From a bacterium (GTDB lineage: Bacteria > Krumholzibacteriota > Krumholzibacteriia > JACNKJ01): a stretch of 64,000 nt of DNA. Shown piece by piece: positions 1-9,015 of this stretch (position 1 is the first letter of the stretch; each line of letters begins with the position of its first letter). Where the stretch lies: contig JAAEPZ010000538.1 of assembly GCA_024231955.1 (NCBI GenBank), positions 435,340 through 499,339 on the forward strand, given 5' to 3'. The notes under the pieces were generated by a model, which worked only from the letters and a program-made list of their open reading frames with translations, searched no databases and had not been told where the DNA came from. The translations under genes and the position numbers were made by a program.

Positions 1-1591
1 CGTTCCGCTTTTTCGTCCCCTCGTCGAGTAGCGCGGCGGTGAGGGAGGCCGTGCCCGGCTTGTCGTCCGCGGCCCAGCCGCTCATGATCACGAGGTTGAT
101 GTCCACAAGCGGCAGATTGTGCTTCTCGACCAGGTAGAGTTCGAGGCCGTTGTCGAGTCGAGCCCTCTGGATCGAGGGGACGTTGAAATCCGACAGGGGG
201 CCATCCCCCGGCTTGACGCTACGGTCGAATTCCATCTCGGCGGCGCTGAGCGTGCCCTGGGGCAGCACGTGGATGATGACGCGCTGGTCCAGATGGAGAT
301 ACTCCCGCGCGTATCCCTGGATACCCTTGGTCGTGGCGTCACGGAAACGGGCCATGTCCCCGGCCAGATAGCCGGGATCGCCGGTCAGGGTGTTGTAGTT
401 GTTGAGGCGGTCGGCCTTGCCGCCGAAACCTCCGACCCGCTGCAGACTGCGGATGAAGTTCGCCTCAATCGTCGTCTTGGCCAGCTTCAGCTCACCCTTG
501 TTGATCCCCTTGTCGAAGATCTTCCGCAGCTCGGCATCGATCAGCTCCTCCAGCTCCTCGAGAGTGTGCCCCTCGGTGGGCGACGCCTCGATGATGTAGT
601 CGCCGGCCACCTCGCGCGACTCCTGGTAGGCATCCACATCCTGGGCGACCTGGAGATCGTAGACGAGAGTCTTGTAGAGGCGCGAGGTCTTGCCGCCGAC
701 CAGGATCTCGCTGAGGAGATCGAACTCGGCGTCACCGGGCTGATACCAGCCGGGCGTGTGCCAGGCCATGAACAGGCGGGGGACCTCGACGTTGTCCTCG
801 GCCACCATCCGCCGCACCTGGGTCAGACGGGGAACCCAGATCTCGGTGCGGTCGATCTTGCGGCCGGGGGGGAGCGTCGCGAAGTACTTGTCGATCCAGG
901 CCTTGACCTGCACGGGATCGAAGTCGCCCGCGACACAGAGCGATGCGTTGTTGGGCGCGTAGTAGAGACGGAAGAATTCCGACACATCCTCTTTGGACGC
1001 GGCGCCCAGATCCTCCATGCTGCCGAGCACCGTCCACGAATAGGGATGCTCGTTGGGGTAGAGCATGCCGGGGATCAGATCGTAGGCGACGTTGTAGGGG
1101 TTGTTCATCCCCTCGCGCTTTTCGTTGCGCACGACGTCCTTCTGGTTGGCCAGCTTCTCCTCGGTCATCGCGTCGAGCAGGAAGCCCATGCGATCGGCCT
1201 CCAGCCAGAGGGCCGTCTCCAGCTGATCGCTGGGCACGTTCTCCCAGTAGTTGGTGCGGTCCTCGGTCGTGGAGCCGTTGACTACGCCGCCCATCCGCTC
1301 GATCGGGTTGAAGTAGTCGTCGTCGTTGTTCTTGGAGCCCTGGAACATCATGTGTTCGAAGAGGTGGGCGAAACCCGTGCGGCCGGGCTTCTCGTTCTTG
1401 GAGCCCACGTGATACCAGATGTTCACCGAAGCCATCGGGATGCTGTGGTCCTCGTGCAGGATCACCTGGAGTCCGTTGTCCAGCGTGTATTTCTCATATT
1501 CGATCGTGAGTTCGTCCTGGGCCTGCGTCGCCGGGACGAAGATGCCCATACATACGAGCATCAGGATTACGGTTTTAGTGAATCGGATCAC
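1..1591 (-). CDS. M16 family (pitrilysin/insulinase-like) zinc peptidase, N-terminal ~530 aa; the C-terminus runs off the window start
   Basis: Reverse-strand translation from GTG at 1589-1591 (GGAGG 6 nt upstream) gives MIRFTKTVILMLVCMGIFVPATQA (signal peptide), then ...GRTGFAHLFEHMMFQGS..., the inverted zinc motif HxxEH of M16 peptidases. The frame stays open to position 1. It is absent from the ORF track because the ORF is open at the window edge. Track ORF 119..1621 + is its antisense shadow. Confidence 0.8.
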   Translation of the reverse strand, partial: MIRFTKTVILMLVCMGIFVPATQAQDELTIEYEKYTLDNGLQVILHEDHSIPMASVNIWYHVGSKNEKPGRTGFAHLFEHMMFQGSKNNDDDYFNPIERMGGVVNGSTTEDRTNYWENVPSDQLETALWLEADRMGFLLDAMTEEKLANQKDVVRNEKREGMNNPYNVAYDLIPGMLYPNEHPYSWTVLGSMEDLGAASKEDVSEFFRLYYAPNNASLCVAGDFDPVQVKAWIDKYFATLPPGRKIDRTEIWVPRLTQVRRMVAEDNVEVPRLFMAWHTPGWYQPGDAEFDLLSEILVGGKTSRLYKTLVYDLQVAQDVDAYQESREVAGDYIIEASPTEGHTLEELEELIDAELRKIFDKGINKGELKLAKTTIEANFIRSLQRVGGFGGKADRLNNYNTLTGDPGYLAGDMARFRDATTKGIQGYAREYLHLDQRVIIHVLPQGTLSAAEMEFDRSVKPGDGPLSDFNVPSIQRARLDNGLELYLVEKHNLPLVDINLVIMSGWAADDKPGTASLTAALLDEGTKKRN

Positions 1592-2049
1592 AACGTGCCT
1601 CCGGGCTGGGGGTTTTATTGAATGGATGAGGAACATACGGAGATAGGGTACTCCGGTTTCTATCCATCAGCTGGAGAGGGTGTTTTGGAGAGGGTGTGTC
1701 GATGGTCGAGGGCCTTGATGGGCATTCGACCTCCGCGGCGCCGGGCGATGCGCTCGCGGGAGTGCAGGGTCGCGGTGGGCGACCATGAGCGGATCATAGA
1801 GATTCTCGGAGCGGAGTGCAAAAGAAATCGGATGGGAGTCTGCGATTCGACAAGGGGCACCCTCATCCTGCTCCCGTCACGCCGCATTGGCAGGGCCCCC
1901 CGCTCGATCCCCTTGACCTCGTTGCGGCTCCCGATGTCGGCTATAGCGGGCTGCTTTCCCGAGATCCGAGCCCCCTTGAACAGCGATCCCGATTCTGTTA
2001 TTGTTGCTGCGTCAACATGGCAAGCCCTGACCAGAATCCGGGAGCACAA

Positions 2050-4293
2050 ATGTCATCTGATGCCGAATCCCCCAGGATCCGAAGATGGGAGACCCCGATC
2101 GTCTTCCATGACGAGCCGCTCCGTCATGCCGATGAAGCCTACTTCCGTTTCGACGAATACGCCACGACGCTGGCCCGTCTGATCGCGCGCAAGGACGCCC
2201 GCACGCCGATGGTGATTTGTATCGATGGTTCCTGGGGTTCCGGTAAAACCACACTGCTCCGTCGCCTCGAAAAGCAGCTTGGCACCGCGGCCGACTCCAA
2301 CGTTGCGGGCGATGTGCTGTTCCTTGATCCGGACGAACGGAATGGGAGCTTCTATCTCAACGAGTGGCGCCGTGTGCGCACCGTCCGGTTCGACGCCTGG
2401 AAATACTCCGGCGAGGATCAGTTGCTGGCGGCGCTGCTCCGGGTGATCCTGATGGAGATGAGTCGGACGGGGTCTTTTTGGGAGAAGGTCAAAGCCCGTC
2501 TCTCCGACGAGGGCAACAGGGGGATCGATCTCTTCGGCGGGATGCTCCACTGCGCATCGCAGGTCATCGGCAGGGTATTGCCCGATCTCGATCTCGAGAA
2601 GTTCGCGAAGGAGACGCCGCTGCAGGGGGCCACTGCCTTCTTCGATTACTTCCAAGTGGCCTTCAATCGTCTGATCGCCGGTTGGATCAAGGGGGAGATC
2701 GCCGATGAGGGGGGGATCGATGAGACCGCGGGGGTCATGGTGATCCTCGTGGATGATCTCGATCGATGCCTCCCCGCCAAGACGGTGCAGGTGCTTGAGG
2801 CGATCAAGCTCTTCCTGGATCAACCGGGCTGCGTCTTCGTCTTGGGCGCCGACACCGACATCGTGCAGCAGGCCGTCGAAAGCCACTACCGCAACACCGG
2901 CATCATGGAGAGGGCGGCCGGGGATTATCTCGACAAGATCATCCAGCTCCGCTTCCCGCTCCCGGCCATCGACGATCCTCAGATGCAGAGGTTCCTGGCC
3001 GACGAGGAGTTCGCCAGGATCGTCGGCGGGGGGCTGCTGGAGGACTGGGAGATTTTGATCGCCGGGGCGGACAACAATCCGCGCAAGGTCAAGGGGATCA
3101 TCAACGATCTCAACCTGCAGTGGGCCATGCTCGCCAACGCAGGGCAGGCCGACGGGGTGGAGCGCACCGATTTCCTCCGGCTGCAGATGCTGTTGCGGGC
3201 CGCGCCGACCGATTTCAGGAAGGATCTGCGTCGGTGGGGCGGCGAGAGACGGATGAACTACCTGAAGACGGTTTTCCAGGTCGTCAGGGGGAGGGCCTCG
3301 GATGCCGACCGGAAGAGCGTGGAGAAGCACCTGGAGGACTGGCGCTTTCGGAAGGTGTTCGAGACGCTCGCCACAGCTGGTTTCGAGGGCAGGATGGATG
3401 CGGCGCTCATCGAGACCTGCCTTTCGATGAGGAGCGTGGACAGCGCCGAGTCTCCGTCTGGCGATAAGCCGAAAACCCGACCCGGCGGTTGGATCAAGGG
3501 CCCGGATGGATCTGCTCCCCGGAGCGTCGAGACCGGAGCCGACAGCCGGTTTGTCGGCGACCTCGAGCTCCTCAGGGTGCCCGCCGGCGACTTCATCATG
3601 GGGAGCGAGACATCGAACGCAATGGCCGACAGCAATGAGCATCCTCAACATACGGTGACCTGCCTGGACAGAGACTACTGGTTGGCGCGCCATCCGGTGA
3701 CGAACCGGCAGTTCAACATCTACCTGGCGGCGGAGGGGCCGGAGGTTCTGAACCCCGTCTCCGACGACGACCTGCTGGATCACCCGGTTACAAACGTCTC
3801 CTGGCGGCAGGCCATGGCCTATTGCGAATGGCTGAACGGGATTGCGGCAAGCGCAGGTCTTGATTCCGGCAAAGAGCGGATCTCTCTGCCCAGCGAAGCG
3901 GAGTGGGAGAAGGCGGCGCGGGGCACACAGGCCAACGAGTGGCCCTGGGGCAACGAATTCGATGCCGGTAGAGCCAACTGTGCGGAGAATGGACCGAACC
4001 GGACAACACGGGTGGGAGCTTTCTCCCCGGACGGCGACGGGGTCTTCGGTCACGCTGATCTGAGCGGCAACGTTTGGGAGCTTACCCGGAGCTCCATGAG
4101 GGATTATCCCTATGACCCGGAGCCGGATCGTCCGGACAACCTGGACCTGGCCAAGGCCGACCAGTACGTTCTTCGCGGTGGCACGTTCTACGACATGGGT
4201 GAGAATGTGCGCTGCGCGCTCCGCGGCGGGAGCCTCGCTGGCAGTCGCACCAGGAACATAGGGTTTCGTGTTGTTTTGTCCCCGTTTCTCTGA
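2050..4293 (+). CDS. KAP family P-loop NTPase fused to a C-terminal FGE-sulfatase (SUMF1/formylglycine-generating-enzyme-like, FGS) domain
   Basis: Walker A MVICIDGSWGSGKTTLLRRL; KAP signature VMVILVDDLDRCLPAKTVQVLEAIKLFLD. A low-complexity linker is followed by FIMGSE...HPVTNVSWRQAMAYCEWLNG...LPSEAEWEKAARG...GNVWELT...YVLRGGTFYD...RCALRGG, typical of the FGE-sulfatase/DUF323 fold. Start chosen at ATG 2050 (GGGAG 8 nt upstream); the track ORF starts earlier at 1816 with no RBS. Confidence 0.75.
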   Translation: MSSDAESPRIRRWETPIVFHDEPLRHADEAYFRFDEYATTLARLIARKDARTPMVICIDGSWGSGKTTLLRRLEKQLGTAADSNVAGDVLFLDPDERNGSFYLNEWRRVRTVRFDAWKYSGEDQLLAALLRVILMEMSRTGSFWEKVKARLSDEGNRGIDLFGGMLHCASQVIGRVLPDLDLEKFAKETPLQGATAFFDYFQVAFNRLIAGWIKGEIADEGGIDETAGVMVILVDDLDRCLPAKTVQVLEAIKLFLDQPGCVFVLGADTDIVQQAVESHYRNTGIMERAAGDYLDKIIQLRFPLPAIDDPQMQRFLADEEFARIVGGGLLEDWEILIAGADNNPRKVKGIINDLNLQWAMLANAGQADGVERTDFLRLQMLLRAAPTDFRKDLRRWGGERRMNYLKTVFQVVRGRASDADRKSVEKHLEDWRFRKVFETLATAGFEGRMDAALIETCLSMRSVDSAESPSGDKPKTRPGGWIKGPDGSAPRSVETGADSRFVGDLELLRVPAGDFIMGSETSNAMADSNEHPQHTVTCLDRDYWLARHPVTNRQFNIYLAAEGPEVLNPVSDDDLLDHPVTNVSWRQAMAYCEWLNGIAASAGLDSGKERISLPSEAEWEKAARGTQANEWPWGNEFDAGRANCAENGPNRTTRVGAFSPDGDGVFGHADLSGNVWELTRSSMRDYPYDPEPDRPDNLDLAKADQYVLRGGTFYDMGENVRCALRGGSLAGSRTRNIGFRVVLSPFL

Positions 4294-4428
4294 GCTCCGG
4301 CAAGATCCCCGGGGCTCATCGCCACACCTGCACCCGCGACCCCTTTCGCCGGGCCTCCCGTTTGTGTAGATTGCCGCCGTCAACCGGCCGATCGGCCGAG
4401 CTCAGAGATCCAACAGAAAGGTCAGGCA

Positions 4429-5232
4429 ATGACGCTGGAAAAAGGGAAGGTTCAGAACATTCTGGTCATGGGCAAGAGCGGCGCGGGCAAGCAGCCCCGC
4501 ATCGACGTGCTGGTGGATGAGTTCGGCCTCGAGCAGCTTTCGACGGGGAATATCTTCCGCGACTATCTTGGTCAATACACCGCCATCGGATTCGAGGGCG
4601 ATATCGCGCAGTTCTTCGACGAGGCGCGGGACGCCTTCGTGGCCGACGACGAGATCAGGGCCGGCCTGGGCGACAAACTCACGGGCCACGACGCCGACGG
4701 CGTGCTGCTCGGCCTGAAGGCCAAGTACTTCATGGAGAGCGGCAAGTTCGTCCCCGACAGCATCACCAACGCGCTGTTCGAATCGTTCTTCGCCCGCTCC
4801 GGCTACAAGGGGATGGTCCTCGACGGCTACCCCCGCACACCGGACCAGTCCGCCTTCCTGCAGGGGCTCGTCGAGGGCAAGGGGACGAAGCTCGACGCCA
4901 TCGTGCTGGTGGATGGCGAGAACGACGCCATCGTCGCCCGCACCATCGGTCGCCGCATCTGCCCCGACTGCAAGAAGGTCTTCCACCTCGAATTCAAGCC
5001 CCCGCGGGACGGCAAGCTCTGCACCGAGTGCGGCGCAGAGGTCATCCTCCGCTCCGACGACTCCGAGGAGAAGATCAAATCGCGTCTGCAGGAGTTCCAG
5101 GACAAGGCCGTGCCCGCCATGGACGCGCTGACGGCCAAGGGGATCCCCGTGGCCACCGTGCCCGGCAACCTGCCCGTCTTCACCGATGAGGCCGTGCGCG
5201 CGAGCGTCATGGAGGCGCTGGAGAAACTGTAG
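4429..5232 (+). CDS. adk: Adenylate kinase family protein with a Cys4 zinc LID and a ~50-aa insertion
   Basis: ILVMGKSGAGKQ (P-loop), LSTGNIFRD, MVLDGYPRT, LID GRRICPDCKKVFH...KLCTECGAEVILRSDDSEEKIKSRLQEF. These align with the canonical ADK NMP-binding and LID segments. It is longer than the usual ~215 aa. Confidence 0.6.
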   Translation: MTLEKGKVQNILVMGKSGAGKQPRIDVLVDEFGLEQLSTGNIFRDYLGQYTAIGFEGDIAQFFDEARDAFVADDEIRAGLGDKLTGHDADGVLLGLKAKYFMESGKFVPDSITNALFESFFARSGYKGMVLDGYPRTPDQSAFLQGLVEGKGTKLDAIVLVDGENDAIVARTIGRRICPDCKKVFHLEFKPPRDGKLCTECGAEVILRSDDSEEKIKSRLQEFQDKAVPAMDALTAKGIPVATVPGNLPVFTDEAVRASVMEALEKL

Positions 5233-5266
5233 ATCCGCCAACTGACCAATGCCGACCAATCGATAC

Positions 5267-5299
5267 GCCCCCGCCGGTTCACGGCGGGGGCCTCTTTGT
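5267..5299 (+). terminator. Rho-independent terminator after the adk-like gene
   Basis: GCCCCCGCCGG-ttca-CCGGCGGGGGC stem-loop followed by CTCTTTGT. Confidence 0.5.
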
Positions 5300-5391
5300 A
5301 CCCGTTTCTCACGCACTCTCTTGGCAAGCCGCCGCCGTTCGGGCATACTGTCGGAAGCTCCACCACCGATAGCGTCCGCAAAGGAGAACTG

Positions 5392-6786
5392 ATGCATATC
5401 CGACAGAAATGGACATGTCTAGTGCTGATTCTGTTCATCCTGGTGATGTCCTGCATAAAGAGCGATCCGCCCACGGCGGTCACCCCCGTCGGCATCATCA
5501 CGGCATTCGCTTTCCTCAAGGCCTACAATCCGGAATTGCCTTTCGATGTGGTCGGACGCATCGACCAGGATACGGGGATCATCTACGCGGATCTGTCCAA
5601 CATGCCCCCCTGCCACAACTCGACGCTGGTCGCAACCTTCACCGCCTCGGTGGAGCGGGTCGAGAGCGGGGGGAAGATCGTAACCAGCGGCGAGACCCCC
5701 CTCCGTTATCTCCCCTGGCGCACGTTGATCGCCGTGGCCGGAGACAGGAGCGTCGAGTACGAGGTGCGTTTGCGGCAGCGTCTCGACGCCTATGTCTGCA
5801 ACCTCGACGTCAACAGGGTCTGGCTCAATACGATGCAGGGGCTGTTCGCGACGACATCGCAGGAGTTGGGGGATGTCCAGACTTTCAGCGCGGCCCTCGG
5901 TGATTTCGACGGGGACGGCGACCTTGATGTCCTGGCCAACAACTACACCGACGTCAAGAGTGTGTGGTTCAACAACGGGCAGGGCCTGTTCACCGACAGC
6001 GGCCAGAGTCTGGCCTCCTCAAACGGATACGATATAGCCCTCGGCGATCTCGATGACGATGGCGACCTGGATGCCTTCATCGCCAATCTGGAGAACTACG
6101 CCGACAACGTTCTGCTCAACGACGGCACCGGTCACTTCTCCGATAGCGGTCAAAATCTCGGCGTCACCTCCTCCTACGGTGTCGCCCTGGGTGATCTGGA
6201 TGATGACGGCGATCTCGACGCTTTCATCACCAACATGGATGTGGGCGATCTGGTGTGGCTCAACGACGGTCATGGCAATTTCACCGACAGCGGTCAGATT
6301 CTGGGCTTCTCAACCTCGTTCAAATCCGATCTGGGGGATCTGGACAATGATGGTGATCTCGACGCCTTCATCTGCGGCGAGAACGGTTGCACCGTCTGGC
6401 TGAACAGCGGGTCGGCCACTTTCAGCGATACGGGGCAAAGTCTGGGGGAGCGCGGCATCATGGATGTCGAACTCGCCGACCTCGACGGCGATGGTGATCT
6501 GGACGCCTTTTCCGTGCACAACGGAGAGGCGGCCCTGATCTGGCTGAATGACGGCTCCGGCGTCTTTACCGACAGCGGCCAGGCGCTGGGCGCATCCTGG
6601 TCGCTGGGAGTTGCTCTGGGAGATCTGGATATAGACGGCGACATCGACGCTTTCGTGGCCAACGGGGTCAATCAGTCGAACGTCGTCTGGCTCAACGACG
6701 GCAATGGTCTCTTCCAGGCCACCAGCCAGAATATCGGCGACAGCTCCTCCACCTCTGTCCTGCTGGGGGGGTTGATCGGTTACTGA
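5392..6786 (+). CDS. FG-GAP/VCBS-repeat lipoprotein (calcium-binding beta-propeller-like)
   Basis: Start ATG 5392 with AAAGGAGAA RBS. Signal peptide plus lipobox-like LVMSC. Seven repeats of the type ALGDLDDDGDLDAF...N(D)G.G.F.DSGQ.LG (FG-GAP / DxDxDG Ca-binding). Confidence 0.7.
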   Translation: MHIRQKWTCLVLILFILVMSCIKSDPPTAVTPVGIITAFAFLKAYNPELPFDVVGRIDQDTGIIYADLSNMPPCHNSTLVATFTASVERVESGGKIVTSGETPLRYLPWRTLIAVAGDRSVEYEVRLRQRLDAYVCNLDVNRVWLNTMQGLFATTSQELGDVQTFSAALGDFDGDGDLDVLANNYTDVKSVWFNNGQGLFTDSGQSLASSNGYDIALGDLDDDGDLDAFIANLENYADNVLLNDGTGHFSDSGQNLGVTSSYGVALGDLDDDGDLDAFITNMDVGDLVWLNDGHGNFTDSGQILGFSTSFKSDLGDLDNDGDLDAFICGENGCTVWLNSGSATFSDTGQSLGERGIMDVELADLDGDGDLDAFSVHNGEAALIWLNDGSGVFTDSGQALGASWSLGVALGDLDIDGDIDAFVANGVNQSNVVWLNDGNGLFQATSQNIGDSSSTSVLLGGLIGY

Positions 6787-7079
6787 ACCTCGGGTGATGT
6801 GCCGCCTTTACCTCCGACTGCGCAACAGATTGAGAACCTCCCGGAAAATATCGGGGAGACGGGCAGACCCCGAGGGCGACCTGCGGGGTTCCGCTTTGTC
6901 CGTTTCCATGAGCAGGCTGTCCGTAGTCGGACGTCTTCGTACCGCCCCCTTTACCTAACCCGTGTATCGACAACGGCAGTTGAGATGGTCGGTATTTTGC
7001 AATACGCTGCCGTTACGGTTACATCCCCTCGCAGACGTCCCGCAACCTGTCCATCCGGATGGACCCCAAGGAGAATGTA

Positions 7080-8909
7080 ATGAGACGGCATGTTCGAACC
7101 CCCTCCGTCAGGCTGATCCTGGTATCGCTGACGCTGATTCTGTTGACCGCCACCGCTTTCGCCCGCGTACCGGGCGAGCACTGGCGGATGTACGCCAATC
7201 CGGAAGACGCCGGCTTCTCGACCGCAAAACTGGCCGAGGCCAGGGCCTACTGGGAGTCCATCGATTCGGCGGCGGCCTTTCTGGTTTACGACGGCGCCGT
7301 CGTTGTCGCGTGGGGCGATTATGAGCGCCGCTTCCTGCTCCACTCCGCCCGCAAGAGCGTGATGAGCGGCGTCTACGGCATCCATGTGGATGCCGGGAAC
7401 ATCGACACCGAAAAGACACTGGCCGAGCTGGGTATCGATGACGAGAACTTCTCGCTCAACGACACCGAGAAGGGGGCGCGGATCATCGACCTGCTGCGCG
7501 CCCGCTCGGGGGTCTATCACTTCGCTGCGGCCGAACCCCGGCAGAATCCCAAACCCGAGCGGGGCGCCTACCCGCCGGGGGAGCACTGGTGCTACAACAA
7601 CTGGGATTTCAACGCGCTCTGCACGATCATCGAACAGGAGCTGGGGATCAGGTTCTTCGACGAGGTCGACAAGCGTTTCGCCAAGCCGCTGCGGATGGAG
7701 GATTACCATCCGCGCCACGGCATCTATCAGTTCGAGCCGGACATGTCGATTCACCCCGCCTATCACATCCGGATGTCCGCCCGCGATATGGCGCGCTACG
7801 GGTTGCTCTACCTGGAGGAGGGCAAGTGGGGCGGAAAACGGATTCTGTCCAAACAGTGGGTTGCGGACAGCTCCTACCCCTTCTCCGACGACGCCTGGGG
7901 CGACGGCTACGGTTACATGTGGTGGGTCTCTTTTCGGGAGGGGCTCAGGGAACTGGGAATGTATTCGGCGTTGGGCGTCGGCAATCAGTCCATAGACGTG
8001 ATTCCCGGCGCGGACATGGTGTTCATCAATCGCACCAATACCTTCATCGGCAACCGCGTCACCAATGATGAGCGCTGTCGGTTGATAGAGCTTCTGGTCG
8101 ACGCCCGCACCGGCAAGGCGAAGCGGCGACCCAGGCTGATCGATCTGCCCGTGATCGAGCGCGAACGGGAGGTGGTGGAGCTTTCTCTGGAGAGGAAGCG
8201 GGACATCCTCGAAGCCGACACCGGGACGGATCGCTGGAGCATCGTCCTGCAGGGGGAGGATCTCGTCTACCGCAACGGCGAGGAGACCATGGATCTGATC
8301 GCCCTGGCCGACAACGGATTGCTGATCGACGATACATTCGAGATGCTGTACATCGAGAACAGCGACGATGGCGCCGGGCTGAACATCATCAGCGAGGATC
8401 TCCTCAACGGACGCGGTTACGGGCTACTCGAAGAGGGGCATCCCGACGAGGCCATCGCCATGTTCAGGAGGGCGCTGGCCTACTACCCCGAGGCGACCAA
8501 CGTCTGGGACAGCCTGGCCGACGCCTACCTGGCCAAACAGGAATACGACAGGGCAATCGGATGCTTCGAGAAGATCCTGACCATCGATCCGGGCGATCGT
8601 CGCGCCGCCAGTCGGATAGCGGAGGTCGAACTCTGGCGCAACCCGGTCATTGTCGATGAGTCCGTGCTCGCAACCTACGTCGGCGAGTACGAGGATCTGC
8701 GGATCGATCTGGAGGATGACGGGCTGCATGCGACCCATATCCCAAGCGGTCAAAGTTTCGGGACGATGGCGCGGTCGGAGATCGAGTTCATCATCGTCGG
8801 AGTGGGCTTCTCCGCCCGTTTCGAAAAGGGTGACGACGGCATCGTGCGGAATATCACCCTTGTCTTTCCCGACGGTCGGGAACAGGTGCAGCAGAGGACG
8901 GCCGATTGA
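7080..8909 (+). CDS. Serine hydrolase of the beta-lactamase/transpeptidase-like family with C-terminal TPR repeats
   Basis: AAGGAGAA RBS before ATG 7080. Signal/TM segment LILVSLTLILLTATAFA. SxxK motif (HSARKSV). C-terminal TPR-like helices (AIAMFRRALAYYPEATNVWDSLADAYLAKQEYDRAIGCFEKILTIDPGD). Confidence 0.7.
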   Translation: MRRHVRTPSVRLILVSLTLILLTATAFARVPGEHWRMYANPEDAGFSTAKLAEARAYWESIDSAAAFLVYDGAVVVAWGDYERRFLLHSARKSVMSGVYGIHVDAGNIDTEKTLAELGIDDENFSLNDTEKGARIIDLLRARSGVYHFAAAEPRQNPKPERGAYPPGEHWCYNNWDFNALCTIIEQELGIRFFDEVDKRFAKPLRMEDYHPRHGIYQFEPDMSIHPAYHIRMSARDMARYGLLYLEEGKWGGKRILSKQWVADSSYPFSDDAWGDGYGYMWWVSFREGLRELGMYSALGVGNQSIDVIPGADMVFINRTNTFIGNRVTNDERCRLIELLVDARTGKAKRRPRLIDLPVIEREREVVELSLERKRDILEADTGTDRWSIVLQGEDLVYRNGEETMDLIALADNGLLIDDTFEMLYIENSDDGAGLNIISEDLLNGRGYGLLEEGHPDEAIAMFRRALAYYPEATNVWDSLADAYLAKQEYDRAIGCFEKILTIDPGDRRAASRIAEVELWRNPVIVDESVLATYVGEYEDLRIDLEDDGLHATHIPSGQSFGTMARSEIEFIIVGVGFSARFEKGDDGIVRNITLVFPDGREQVQQRTAD

Positions 8910-8935
8910 GCGCCGGATCAGTCCAGTGATTGCAG

Positions 8936-8972
8936 GCGTCCCGGAGAGCTCTTCGGGACGCTTTATTTATTG
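8936..8972. terminator. Bidirectional intrinsic terminator between convergent genes
   Basis: GCGTCCCGGAGAGCTCTTCGGGACGC near-perfect palindrome followed by TTTATTTATT. An A-rich run on the other side is weaker. It sits between the 3' ends of the 7080..8909 (+) and 9016..9849 (-) genes. Confidence 0.6.
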
Positions 8973-9015
8973 CGGGGAAGAGTCATGTTCGATCCCCCGG
9001 CGGCCATCCGGAGAT

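Noticed and set aside
119-1621. 500-aa plus-strand ORF from the track
   Set aside because: Low-complexity GC-rich translation. The opposite strand in the same phase encodes an M16 peptidase with an HxxEH motif and signal peptide, so this is an antisense shadow.
2053-4383. 776-aa minus-strand ORF overlapping the KAP NTPase gene
   Set aside because: Arg/Gly/Pro-rich junk translation with no motifs. The plus strand has clear Walker A, DDLDRC and FGE-domain motifs.
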